The notes under the pieces are model-generated. The model saw nothing but the letters and a program-made list of their open reading frames with translations, ran no database searches and was not told the origin of the DNA. Positions 9,652 through 18,410 of a stretch of DNA of 64,000 bases are shown one piece after another. Position 1 is the first letter of the stretch. Every line of letters begins with the position of its first letter. The translations under genes were made by a program, and so were the position numbers. Source of the stretch: Terracidiphilus sp. GTDB lineage: Bacteria > Acidobacteriota > Terriglobia > Terriglobales > Acidobacteriaceae. Where the stretch lies: positions 69,398 to 133,397 of the forward strand of contig JBKQPC010000030.1 in NCBI GenBank assembly GCA_052145195.1. The letters are read 5' to 3'.

Positions 9652-9925
9652 CCAATACTGAAGACGAACGACAGCCACAAATATTGTAGAAATATTATTT
9701 CGGGCAACCGCCTACGAGGAAGATGGCATCGAGGTGTTCCTGTTTGGTTTTGGCGATGGGCATGTGAAGTCTCCAATTTAAGCCGTGAGGCCAGCGGGCA
9801 AAGCCGCTCATCACGCAGCCGATTTGATTGTATTGCAGAATTGCGAGGTCGAGCGCGAGCTTTCGCGAGTTTCAGAATGGAGAGCTGGAAGACCAGCCTG
9901 GAATTGTGAAATTAATATTATGGCT

Positions 9926-9952
9926 TAAAGTTGCCGCAGATTACCCCGATAA
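9926..9952 (+). promoter_or_regulatory. Putative sigma-28 (FliA) promoter
   Basis: TAAA-N15-CCCGATAA versus consensus TAAA-N15-GCCGATAA, about 80 nt upstream of the EAL gene. Confidence 0.55.
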
Positions 9953-10033
9953 GGTAGTTAAGCTGGTTGCAGTTATTGCGACTTCAGAATTGCCATGCGC
10001 GTGCTGCAGGCATTGCAGATCGGTTGATGAGCG

Positions 10034-11626
10034 ATGAAACCCCGCAAGAAGCGATTATTGTTGTCTTTGGCAGCCATAATCGTGACGGCTGCGTGCGGAA
10101 CACTGGCTGGCTATCAGTTGGCCAGCACCATAGCCGTCAGAATAACGGAAAACGGGCTCGATCAATACGCAACCCGCATAGTAGCGGACTGGGAGGCATC
10201 CTCGGCTGAGTTGCGTACGGTTCTGGCTGCCGCGGGCGCCGCGCATCGCAGGTTCTGCTCGGACGACGAGATTGGTTACTTTCGTGCATTGATCTTTGAG
10301 TCTGAATACTTAAAAGACGTAGGCCGCATGCGCGACGACAAGATCGCGTGCTCGGCCGCGATAGGCAAACTGGTGAAACCAGCAACACAATCCAATCCGG
10401 ATTTCACCCAGCAGGACGGAACAAAACTCTACAAAAACCTCACTCCGTACCGAAATACAGACCTGACGGTGTTCGCGCTTCAATTAAACGATTTGTATGT
10501 TGTTTTCACACCCTATACCCGCCTGCATCTGGAAGCTGCGCCGATGCACTACACCGTAACATTGACGGATTCTCCCACCCAAAAGAGGGTGAGCTTACTG
10601 GGCGAGCCGCTCAAGGAGAGCCTGCCAATACTCACGAATGAAGGTCATCTTCGACGGGGAGATACTCTATACGCTACGCAGTGCTCTATCCGCTTCTTCA
10701 CATGCGTAACCGCTTACACTTCAATGCCCGAGATTATTGCGGCAAATCACACCAGGTTTTTCGGATGTGTCTCACTGTGCGGGTTGTTCGGCGCATTCTT
10801 CGGCCTATTAATACCCCTGCTCTACCATCGCAACAAGAGCGTAGTGCAGCAGCTCCGCCGGGCTATTCGCAACGACAGGCTGCAGATGGTCTATCAACCT
10901 ATCGTTGAACTGCACAGCAGACGCATTGTCGGGGCCGAGGCGCTGATGCGCTGGACGGATGAAGAAGGCGTTGTGGTTGGTCCCGAAGTCTTTGTCCGCA
11001 TCGCCGAGCAAAACGGGTTCGTTGGCGAGATCACCAAGCTGGCGCTGCGCCACGTGCTGCGAGAGTTTGGAGAGACGCTGCGCAAGCGGCCAAATCTTCA
11101 CGTCAGCATTAACGTGGCCGCCGCCGATTTTGCCGACCCGGAATTTCTGCCCATGCTCGATCATTGCCTTAGCCAGGCAGGAGTCTCAGCACACAGCGTG
11201 GCCATCGAGCTCACCGAAAGCTCCACCGCCAAACACGAGATTGCCATCGAGACGATTCGCAGCCTGCACCATCGCGGACACAGTGTACATATCGACGACT
11301 TCGGCACCGGCTATTCGAGCCTCTCCTATCTGCACGAGCTTGCTGTTGACGCCATCAAGATCGACAAATCATTTACCCAGGCCATCGGCACAGGATCAGT
11401 GATCGTAGCGATTCTGCCGCAGATTCTTTCCATGGCCGAGGCGCTGGGACTGGAAGTGATAGTGGAGGGCATCGAAACCGCGGAGCAAGCAAGTTATTTT
11501 GAAACATCCTCGGGGATATTTCATGCCCAGGGCTGGCTCTTCGGACGCCCCGTCACCGCCGACAGCTTTATACGACTGCTGGCTAGCGACGAAAAGAAAG
11601 CGCTTCAGTCAGAAGAAGCGGCGTGA
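10034..11626 (+). CDS. CSS-motif EAL c-di-GMP phosphodiesterase
   Basis: Two TM segments flanking a periplasmic domain with a C...CSA motif; EAL, INV, IELTE, DDFGTGYSSL, KIDKSF, EGIE and QGW motifs. Confidence 0.92.
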   Translation: MKPRKKRLLLSLAAIIVTAACGTLAGYQLASTIAVRITENGLDQYATRIVADWEASSAELRTVLAAAGAAHRRFCSDDEIGYFRALIFESEYLKDVGRMRDDKIACSAAIGKLVKPATQSNPDFTQQDGTKLYKNLTPYRNTDLTVFALQLNDLYVVFTPYTRLHLEAAPMHYTVTLTDSPTQKRVSLLGEPLKESLPILTNEGHLRRGDTLYATQCSIRFFTCVTAYTSMPEIIAANHTRFFGCVSLCGLFGAFFGLLIPLLYHRNKSVVQQLRRAIRNDRLQMVYQPIVELHSRRIVGAEALMRWTDEEGVVVGPEVFVRIAEQNGFVGEITKLALRHVLREFGETLRKRPNLHVSINVAAADFADPEFLPMLDHCLSQAGVSAHSVAIELTESSTAKHEIAIETIRSLHHRGHSVHIDDFGTGYSSLSYLHELAVDAIKIDKSFTQAIGTGSVIVAILPQILSMAEALGLEVIVEGIETAEQASYFETSSGIFHAQGWLFGRPVTADSFIRLLASDEKKALQSEEAA

Positions 11627-11690
11627 AACAGTTTTCGCGTCCGGTTTGATCCTAAACCTAAAGAATATATCGCAGTCCAGCGCAGTCTCC

Positions 11691-11972
11691 TCATGCTGCC
11701 AACGGCCTGATCTTCGGGCGTTTTTTTTGCGATTCGATCCATAGGTCGTACTGGAGTTGTGCCTTCGAGAAGAAGTCGGGGGAGAGCGCCAGAGCATCTC
11801 CAAGCCTGATGCTGAGGTCCATCGAAACGGAGGTACGGCCATTGAGAATGCGTGAGATGGTGGCGCGCGCCACTCCGATATGCTCGGCAAGCTCGGTTGC
11901 AGTCGTCGAGCCGAGGAACTCCTTCAGAAGTTCCCCTGGGCTGGCTGGGTTGTGCATCATGGTCATAATCAT
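11691..11972 (-). CDS. higA: HigA family antitoxin (XRE HTH)
   Basis: MHNPASPGELLKE...LAEHIGVARATISRILNG...Q-x-QYDLW; start 11972 or 11966. Confidence 0.88.
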   Translation of the reverse strand: MIMTMMHNPASPGELLKEFLGSTTATELAEHIGVARATISRILNGRTSVSMDLSIRLGDALALSPDFFSKAQLQYDLWIESQKKRPKIRPLAA

Positions 11973-11979
11973 TGCCCCC

Positions 11980-12258
11980 TTAGTGGTAATCCTGATAGTC
12001 CACGAGAATCGCATCCTCTCCTTCAAAGCTGAAGGTCAACCGCCAATTGCCGCTTACGCTCAGCGACCAGTGGCCTTTGAGCTCTCCCTTCAGCGGATGC
12101 CAGTCCCATCCATCCCGGTTCATATCCAGCGGTGTAGATGCCAGATTCAAGGTGGTCAGAAGGATGCGTAATCGGGCTTCGTGTTTCGGCTGGATGCTCG
12201 CCTTTGAGCCGGTCCGGAAGAATTTCTCGAGGCCACGATGCCTGAAGGATCTAATCAC
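11980..12258 (-). CDS. higB: HigB/RelE toxin (plasmid maintenance killer family)
   Basis: MIRSFRHRGLEKFF...HPLKGELKGHWSLSVSGNWRLTF...DYQDYH. Confidence 0.92.
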   Translation of the reverse strand: MIRSFRHRGLEKFFRTGSKASIQPKHEARLRILLTTLNLASTPLDMNRDGWDWHPLKGELKGHWSLSVSGNWRLTFSFEGEDAILVDYQDYH

Positions 12259-12264
12259 AGTAAA

Positions 12265-12284
12265 AGTGTAACATATAATGTTAC
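12265..12284 (-). promoter_or_regulatory. higBA -10 element and palindromic operator
   Basis: GTAACAT-ATA-ATGTTAC (12268-12284) overlapping TACACT, which lies 6 nt before the GTG. Confidence 0.75.
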
Positions 12285-12314
12285 GCTATGTCGACTTGGC
12301 GTTCCGCGCAGTCC

Positions 12315-13565
12315 TCAATGTCCCGAAATCAAGCCCCAAAGCATGACCAGGGTCATGCCGATGACGATGATGCTGGTGGCCCAGGCAATGACGTTCCAGA
12401 GTCGCGTGTTCTTGTGCTCGCCCATCAGGTCCGTGCGGTTGATGAGCATCAGCATGAGGATGATGACCACGGGGAGCAGGATGCCGTTGAGGACCTGGGA
12501 GAGAATGGCGAAGTTGATCAGTTGCGCGTCGGGCAGAATCAGCACGGTCAGCGCGCCGCCGGCAATGAGCAGCGAATAGAGCCCGTAGAAAAATGGCGCC
12601 TCCTGGAAGCTCTTATCCACGCCGGATTCGACGCCCAGGCCTTCGCAGACGGTGTAGGCGGTGGAGATGGGCAGGATCGAAGCCGAGAAGAGCGAGGCGT
12701 TGAATAGGCCGAAGGCGAAGAGGATGAAGGCATAGTCACCGGCCAGTGGGCGCATGGCCTCGGCTGCGTCCGCGGCTGTTTGGATGGCGCCCATGCCGTG
12801 AACGTAGAGCGTGGCGGCGCAGGCCACGATGATGAACCAGGCGACGATGTCGGTGAAGAGGCTGCCGACGATTACGTCCAACCGCGAGGCCGCATAGTCC
12901 TTGACGCGAATGCCTTTTTCCACGATGGAGGATTGCAGATAGAACTGCATCCACGGGGCAATGGTGGTGCCGACCACGCCGATGGCCATATACATATAGG
13001 ACTTGTCGCTCCAGACCGAGCGGGCCGGGAGCAGGACCGTGGCCTTCAGCGCATCGTGCCAACTGGGCTGCGAGAGCACCCCGGCAAAGATGTAGCAGAT
13101 GTAGACCAAAGAAGCGATGATGAAGATTTTTTCCGTGCTCTTGTAACTGCCTTTAACGACCATGTACCAGACAAGGACCGCGCAAAAAGGCACGGAGATG
13201 AACTTGGTGACATGAAAGAGGTGCATGGAACCGGCGATGCCGATGAACTCCGTGACCACGTTGGTGTAGTTGACCACCACCAGCAGCACCATCAGAATGA
13301 CGGTGAGTCTCAGGCCGAACTCCTCGCGGATCAGGTCGCTGAGGCCCTTGCCGGTGACCACGCCCATGCGGGCGCACATCTCCTGCACCACGATGAGGGC
13401 GATGGTGATGGGAATGATGGTCCAAAGGAGGGTGTAGCCGTATTGCGCGCCGGCCTGGGAGTAGGTGAGGATGCCGCCGGAGTCGTTATCGACGTTGGCG
13501 GTGATGAATCCGGGGCCAAGAACGGCAAGAAACAGCAGTATCCGGGTTCGCCAACGCTTCAACAT
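12315..13565 (-). CDS. Nramp-family divalent cation transporter (NRMT/Mg2+-type signature)
   Basis: GPGFITANVDNDSGGI and GTTIAPW in place of MntH DPGN / GATVMPH; about 11 TM. Confidence 0.88.
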   Translation of the reverse strand: MLKRWRTRILLFLAVLGPGFITANVDNDSGGILTYSQAGAQYGYTLLWTIIPITIALIVVQEMCARMGVVTGKGLSDLIREEFGLRLTVILMVLLVVVNYTNVVTEFIGIAGSMHLFHVTKFISVPFCAVLVWYMVVKGSYKSTEKIFIIASLVYICYIFAGVLSQPSWHDALKATVLLPARSVWSDKSYMYMAIGVVGTTIAPWMQFYLQSSIVEKGIRVKDYAASRLDVIVGSLFTDIVAWFIIVACAATLYVHGMGAIQTAADAAEAMRPLAGDYAFILFAFGLFNASLFSASILPISTAYTVCEGLGVESGVDKSFQEAPFFYGLYSLLIAGGALTVLILPDAQLINFAILSQVLNGILLPVVIILMLMLINRTDLMGEHKNTRLWNVIAWATSIIVIGMTLVMLWGLISGH

Positions 13566-13675
13566 TCGGGCCGGTTCCTATTGTGGAGTCATGAGTTACC
13601 TTTTTGACCATAACAGGCGAGGGCCGGGGGCGCGAAACATGGCGGCGTTATCCCGCGGAAAATTTGCGAAAGGGG

Positions 13676-13719
13676 TTGACAGGGTTTGGTTATCTTGGTA
13701 CATTGGTACTATTGTACCA
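13676..13719 (+). promoter_or_regulatory. Sigma-70 promoter with overlapping TGGTAC repeat operator
   Basis: TTGACA-17-TACATT; TGGTAC-TATT-GTACCA palindrome (13704-13719) plus an extra TGGTAC at 13696. Confidence 0.7.
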
Positions 13720-13729
13720 GGAGGAACAC

Positions 13730-14008
13730 ATGACACAAGAACAGCAAAATCGCGAACCCGTTGTCGTGGAGCGTGTCCAGACGGGCGTACGGATGGAAAA
13801 GCGCTTGTTGAAGGTGCTCAAGGCCGTTGCCGAGCTGAAGGAGATGACACTGGGCGATCTGTTGGAGGGAATCGTTCTGCACGCCTTCGAGGGCAAGCTG
13901 GTTCCCTTCTCTCCGCAAACGCTGAAGGAGATCGAGCAGTTCAAGGCGATCTACGGGATGACGCTGAAGGCCACGGACAGCCACAACCTGAAGGAGCGGA
14001 AGAAATGA
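13730..14008 (+). CDS. Hypothetical protein, likely ribbon-helix-helix regulator
   Basis: AGGAGG RBS; RVQTGVRMEKRLLKVLKAVAELKEMTLGDLLEGIV fits a beta-alpha-alpha pattern. Confidence 0.75.
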   Translation: MTQEQQNREPVVVERVQTGVRMEKRLLKVLKAVAELKEMTLGDLLEGIVLHAFEGKLVPFSPQTLKEIEQFKAIYGMTLKATDSHNLKERKK

Positions 14009-14538
14009 AAAGCGCATTTACCTTGATTGCCATGGCGGGAATGTCCGCGGCCGCACTCACGCAGGGCGTTCCGGCGTCGACGGAGCCCTGCCTGCACATT
14101 CGCAACGCTTTCAGTCTCGTTGTGAATGCATCGTATGAAGCAACGGCGCCTCTGTTTGGGCCTCTCGGCGAACGCGGCTGGTTGGGCGAGGAGTGGAACC
14201 CGATCTTGGTTTATCCGCAGCCGGCCAAAGATGTGGAAGGTTCGGTCTTTACAGTGTCCCGCGGGTTGTACCATTCGGTGTGGGTCAATACCCTCTTCGA
14301 TACGGACCAGCGTCACTTTCAATACGTTTATTTCGTGCCGGATCGGATGATGACCGTTGTCGATGTGCGATTCAAGCCGACCGGCGCGAATTCGACCCGC
14401 GTCGATGTGGTCTTTACACGCACGGCGATCACCGCGAAGGGCAACGAACTGGTCACGGAGGTGAGTGAGTCGGACAAAAGCGCTGCCGAGAGATGGCGGC
14501 TGAAGATCGACAACTATCTGGCTGGAGTCAAAAACTGA
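14005..14538 (+). CDS. Exported SRPBCC/polyketide-cyclase-like protein
   Basis: ATGA overlap with the upstream gene; signal peptide; APLFGPLGERGW...WNP...TRVDVVFTRT; C-terminal helix with W. Confidence 0.65.
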   Translation: MKSAFTLIAMAGMSAAALTQGVPASTEPCLHIRNAFSLVVNASYEATAPLFGPLGERGWLGEEWNPILVYPQPAKDVEGSVFTVSRGLYHSVWVNTLFDTDQRHFQYVYFVPDRMMTVVDVRFKPTGANSTRVDVVFTRTAITAKGNELVTEVSESDKSAAERWRLKIDNYLAGVKN

Positions 14539-14574
14539 GATCTTTCACTGTTTCTCAAATGTGGGTATCGCGGC

Positions 14575-14624
14575 ATCCAACCCTAGCCGTAACAATAAAG
14601 ACGCAGCGAGGGCGGGGCGCTCGG
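14575..14624. repeat. Degenerate REP-like palindrome
   Basis: ATCCAACCCT..GCCGT / ACGC..GAGGGCGGGGCGCTC resembles the 5737 copy. Confidence 0.45.
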
Positions 14625-14648
14625 CAAAGAGCTCATTTGGTCTCAGCT

Positions 14649-16121
14649 CTATGCGCTGGCCAAAGCCGGCTCGGCCTGTTCCTCGGTGACTGCCTCGGAG
14701 GTAAGGCTGAGCAAGGACGCGATTACGTCGGCGGCGCCATAAGATGTTTGGCCGGGCGCGAGGAATTGCGCGACGGTATTCAGATCGTCTCCCACGGTGA
14801 TCAGGGGCGGCTCTACGGAACCGTCCTTGCGCGCCTGAGCATGGCCGATGTTTGCCAGCAGAGCGTTGCACAGGCACTTGCGTCCCACCGTCTCCTCGAT
14901 CTTGCCTCCCTTGGCCACGTAGTTGTCCACCGGCTCTGCGGAGCAGCGGTAGCCGATCTTGCCATCAGGCGTGGTGTAGGATTCGCGCAGCAAGCCTATG
15001 TCGCAGACCCGTGTTCGAGCCGCGGCGACCTCGGGATCGGAGTAGGAGCCTTGCAACAACGCCACCTTGAAGGGGAAACCCGTTGGCGAGGCGAGCGGAT
15101 CGGTGAAGACCTCGCCGGTGCCGGTGACAGCCTGGGTGATAAGCGACTGCTTGAGATCGGGACGCATGCCGGACTCCCGCGAAAATGCAAATGCGGTGCC
15201 CACCTGCACGCCGGCAGCGCCTTGCTCCAGCGCGTAACGCACGCTCTTGGCGTTGCCGTATCCGCCAGCCAGCCAAAAGGGCACGCCCAGCGCGCGCAGT
15301 CCCGCAAGGTCTACCAGGTCGCGTTCGCCATAGACCGGCTCACCGGCGGCGTTGAGCAGCAGCTTGCCTCGCGGCGGCGCATTGTGTCCGCCCGCCGTGG
15401 GGCCTTCGATGACCAGCCCGTCGACGCGGCCGCTGGCGCGGCGCAGCATGGTTGTGGCCAGGGTGTTGGAACTGACGATGGCCAAAAAGCGCGGACGATC
15501 GAGAACAGGAAGCGGGCCCTCGGCGTAATCCGCGGGATCAAAGTTCATGAACGTGTCAGCATCCTGAGCAGCGCCGGTGACCGCCAGGCGGTATTCTGCC
15601 GGACGGTGAGCTACAAATGCGTCCATAACACCGGGAATGTGCAGCGGAATGCCCGCGCCCATCAGCACGTAACCCACGCCGGCCAGCATGGCGCCGTAGA
15701 TGGAGGCAAGGTGGGGCATCTGCACCTTCTCAAGAAAATTGACGCCCACGGGATTTTTGTGTCCCTGGCGCGCGAGAAAGACCTCGACAAAGTTGCTTAC
15801 GATGCACAGCTCGACCACCTTGCGCAGATCGCGGCGCTGGTGCATGGGCGGAAGCTTGTAGGGCGCTCCCTCGGCTTTTCCACCGGGAATGTAGTACTCG
15901 TCCCAGATGCGGTTGGCCATCTCGGGAAAGGGGAAGGCATCGAGGCCGCGGCGCATGTGACCACCGGGGTCGCCATCAGCCAGGCGGCGCACAAGGAGCG
16001 TATCGAGCGCGGTGCCGGAGACCACGCCGAGCTGACCGAGTTTGGAGACGGCATTCGCCAGGCGCCAGTTCGATACGCCCACACCCATGCCACCCTGAAT
16101 GATTTTAGGAAACTCCATCAT
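14649..16121 (-). CDS. Nitronate monooxygenase family FMN enzyme (long, Cys-containing form)
   Basis: PKIIQGGMGVGVS, EGPTAGGH, LAGG and GVQVGTAF motifs; C-terminal VCD...RCS...KCLCN. Confidence 0.85.
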   Translation of the reverse strand: MMEFPKIIQGGMGVGVSNWRLANAVSKLGQLGVVSGTALDTLLVRRLADGDPGGHMRRGLDAFPFPEMANRIWDEYYIPGGKAEGAPYKLPPMHQRRDLRKVVELCIVSNFVEVFLARQGHKNPVGVNFLEKVQMPHLASIYGAMLAGVGYVLMGAGIPLHIPGVMDAFVAHRPAEYRLAVTGAAQDADTFMNFDPADYAEGPLPVLDRPRFLAIVSSNTLATTMLRRASGRVDGLVIEGPTAGGHNAPPRGKLLLNAAGEPVYGERDLVDLAGLRALGVPFWLAGGYGNAKSVRYALEQGAAGVQVGTAFAFSRESGMRPDLKQSLITQAVTGTGEVFTDPLASPTGFPFKVALLQGSYSDPEVAAARTRVCDIGLLRESYTTPDGKIGYRCSAEPVDNYVAKGGKIEETVGRKCLCNALLANIGHAQARKDGSVEPPLITVGDDLNTVAQFLAPGQTSYGAADVIASLLSLTSEAVTEEQAEPALASA

Positions 16122-16139
16122 TTATGAATTGTTTCACAG
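16122..16139. promoter_or_regulatory. Rex-like operator abutting the start codon
   Basis: TTATGAATTGTTTCACAG, 2 mismatches to TTGTGAA-N4-TTCACAA. Confidence 0.45.
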
Positions 16140-16342
16140 ATGGGGCTGAATCCAAACCTTTATCAAAGGTGAGTGAGAAAAAAAGATCAGTAAGTGAGCA
16201 AAAATGCACACACAATGCCGAATTGAGACACTTTCAGGCTACGCGGGAGACGTGAAGCGGAAAGAAAACGGACACCGCGGGGAACCGCCGGGCGGCAGGC
16301 AGTGAAGCCATGCCGCCCGTAGCAGGCGTGGATAGCGGCCCG

Positions 16343-16951
16343 TCAGTTTTTATCGTACGCATCTTCGACGCGGGGAAAACTGGCAAAACAGAAAAAGACT
16401 ACCAAATTCCAGGTGATAAAAATAATCAGGGCTACCCGCGTCTCATCAGAAAGAGGAGCGTCTGCCTCACCCACATATCTGGCTGACAAGAGGATCATGG
16501 TTCTCACCACCACCGCTCCGGATTGGAACATCATGCCCCAGCGGATCAAAGAGACCCAGAATTTGTCCAGATTCCACAATTTCCATGCGCTAAAGAAATA
16601 AATCAGCCCAAAAAACAGGAAAATAATGGGGAGACCCTGGGCATAGGCCCCAATCGATCCAGTCCCAGCCGCCAAAGCGGGCCGAACCATCCGTGGAAGC
16701 AGACTGAAAATAATATCCGGCCGGGCGCTGAGAAAAGTCGCCACACTCGATTCCGGGTTGCCCCAGGGAACCAGTGCAAGGAGCAAGTTCACAACACCGC
16801 GAACCACAAGATATACGCAGATCAGGGATACGAAGATCGGCTGTTTGCTCTTCGTTTTCGACCTCGGAATACGGTCTTGAGGCATCTCAAAGGGCGTCGG
16901 CGTAATACCATGCATCCGCCGCGGCCTGGCATCTTTCTGTTGCGCCGGCAT
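16343..16951 (-). CDS. Hypothetical 4-TM membrane protein
   Basis: GGAGGA RBS; four hydrophobic stretches. Confidence 0.65.
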   Translation of the reverse strand: MPAQQKDARPRRMHGITPTPFEMPQDRIPRSKTKSKQPIFVSLICVYLVVRGVVNLLLALVPWGNPESSVATFLSARPDIIFSLLPRMVRPALAAGTGSIGAYAQGLPIIFLFFGLIYFFSAWKLWNLDKFWVSLIRWGMMFQSGAVVVRTMILLSARYVGEADAPLSDETRVALIIFITWNLVVFFCFASFPRVEDAYDKN

Positions 16952-17086
16952 ACTTCCTCCTATTCCATTTTGCAGTCCCCGCGCGATGAAGCCGCAGAAT
17001 GGCAGACTCCAGGCGACGGGATAGACGCTGGAAAATTGTTTTTCTAGGCTTTGCGAAAGTGTAGCACGGAGGCACTGCCGCTGGCT

Positions 17087-18343
17087 TTAGAGATTTTCGC
17101 GCAGGAAGCTGATGACATGGTCGGCCTGGACGACACCCACCATGCGGCCCTGCGGGTCGACCACGGCCAGCGCGTGAAGGTTGTACTTGTCGAAGAGCTC
17201 GGCCAGCTCGTTCTTGTGGAGGTTGATGGGGCAGGAGAGGACGCGAGCTTCGGCCAGCATGGAGAGATGCGTCCCCGGCTGGGCCATGACAATCCTGGCT
17301 AGAGGGACGGCGCCACGCAAGACGCGTTGCTCGTCAAGCAGATAAATTTCAGTGACGCTCTCCAGGTCGCCGTCGAAGGTGCGCAGTTCATCGACGGCCT
17401 GGGCCACGGTGGCGTCTTTACCCACGGCAACAAAGTCGGTAGTCATGCAGCCAGCGGCGGAGTTCTCGTCGAACTCGAGCAGCTCCGAGACCTCCTGCCG
17501 CTCTTCCGGCTCCATTTCTTCGAGAATGGCGTCGGACTGCTCCTCGGGCAGCTCGGCCAGCAGGTCGGCCGCGGCTCCGGGGTCCATCTCCTCGACGATG
17601 TCTGCAATTTTTTCTTCGTCCAGCTTTTCAAGGAGCGACTTTTGCAGTCGAGGCTCAACCTCCTCGAGGGTCTCCGCGGCCACATCTTCGTCCAGCGAGG
17701 TGAAGATGACTTCGCGCTCAGCGGGCGCCAGGTCTTCGAGAATATCTGCCAGGTCGGAGGGGTGCATCCCGCCCAGTCGCTCGTACTCGATGCGCAGCTT
17801 GACGCGGCGCGCCGGATCGACCTCGATGACGTCAACAAACTCCCATGGAATGCCGCGGAAGGCGAATTTGCGGGAGAGCTTTTCCAGCGTGGCGCGGGGC
17901 AGCAAGCCCTTGAAGACGCGGCGGAAAGCGCCCCTCAATCCCACCTCGACCTCGGCCACGCGCAGCAGGTGAGCAGCACCCTGGCCCATCCACTCCAGAT
18001 CGACGTCGTTCACGCGGACCACCTTGCGGCCATGAATGTCGATGATCTGGCGGTCAATCAGGTCCTGGCTTAGATAGAGATAATTGCCCTGATCCGCCAG
18101 CGGCACCATGGCGCCTGCGGAGCGCAGCTCGAGCGTACCAGCGGGCGTCTCCATTACGTCCTGCGAAGGCACAATGCACAACCCGTCGCGGGTTTTGAGC
18201 ACCAGTCCGGCCACCTTGCCGGCATCCTCGCCGGTGGCCACGGCGATGTCCTTGAGCCTGCCGCGCAGTTGGCCGTGGGAATCGGTCACCGGTGTGCCGA
18301 GCAGCGCCGTGAGGCTGATGCGGGTTGTGGTGCGGGGTCGCAT
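17087..18343 (-). CDS. Soluble MgtE-like protein: PRC barrels + MgtE_N + CBS pair, no membrane domain
   Basis: LIDRQIIDIHGRKVVRVND (PRC); HPSDLADILE plus acidic repeats (MgtE_N); AAGCMTT...CBS; no TM segment; start reassigned to 18343 (TACACT 6 nt upstream). Confidence 0.88.
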   Translation of the reverse strand: MRPRTTTRISLTALLGTPVTDSHGQLRGRLKDIAVATGEDAGKVAGLVLKTRDGLCIVPSQDVMETPAGTLELRSAGAMVPLADQGNYLYLSQDLIDRQIIDIHGRKVVRVNDVDLEWMGQGAAHLLRVAEVEVGLRGAFRRVFKGLLPRATLEKLSRKFAFRGIPWEFVDVIEVDPARRVKLRIEYERLGGMHPSDLADILEDLAPAEREVIFTSLDEDVAAETLEEVEPRLQKSLLEKLDEEKIADIVEEMDPGAAADLLAELPEEQSDAILEEMEPEERQEVSELLEFDENSAAGCMTTDFVAVGKDATVAQAVDELRTFDGDLESVTEIYLLDEQRVLRGAVPLARIVMAQPGTHLSMLAEARVLSCPINLHKNELAELFDKYNLHALAVVDPQGRMVGVVQADHVISFLRENL

Positions 18344-18410
18344 GATGTGAGTGTATCGCCTAGGGGTGGGTTTATGCCGCACACAAAATGTGGATATATG
18401 CCTCATTCAT

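Noticed and set aside
13465-14004. N-terminal extension of the 357-aa ORF 13465..14538
   Set aside because: Overlaps the Nramp start and the RHH-like gene; the signal peptide and ATGA coupling place the start at 14005
14493-16127. 544-aa plus-strand ORF
   Set aside because: Antisense shadow of the nitronate monooxygenase-family gene; no motifs; typical of GC-rich codon bias
9091-18073. Long antisense ORFs (9091..9909, 12780..13607, 17327..18073) and similar ones elsewhere
   Set aside because: They lie opposite well-supported genes and lack recognisable motifs
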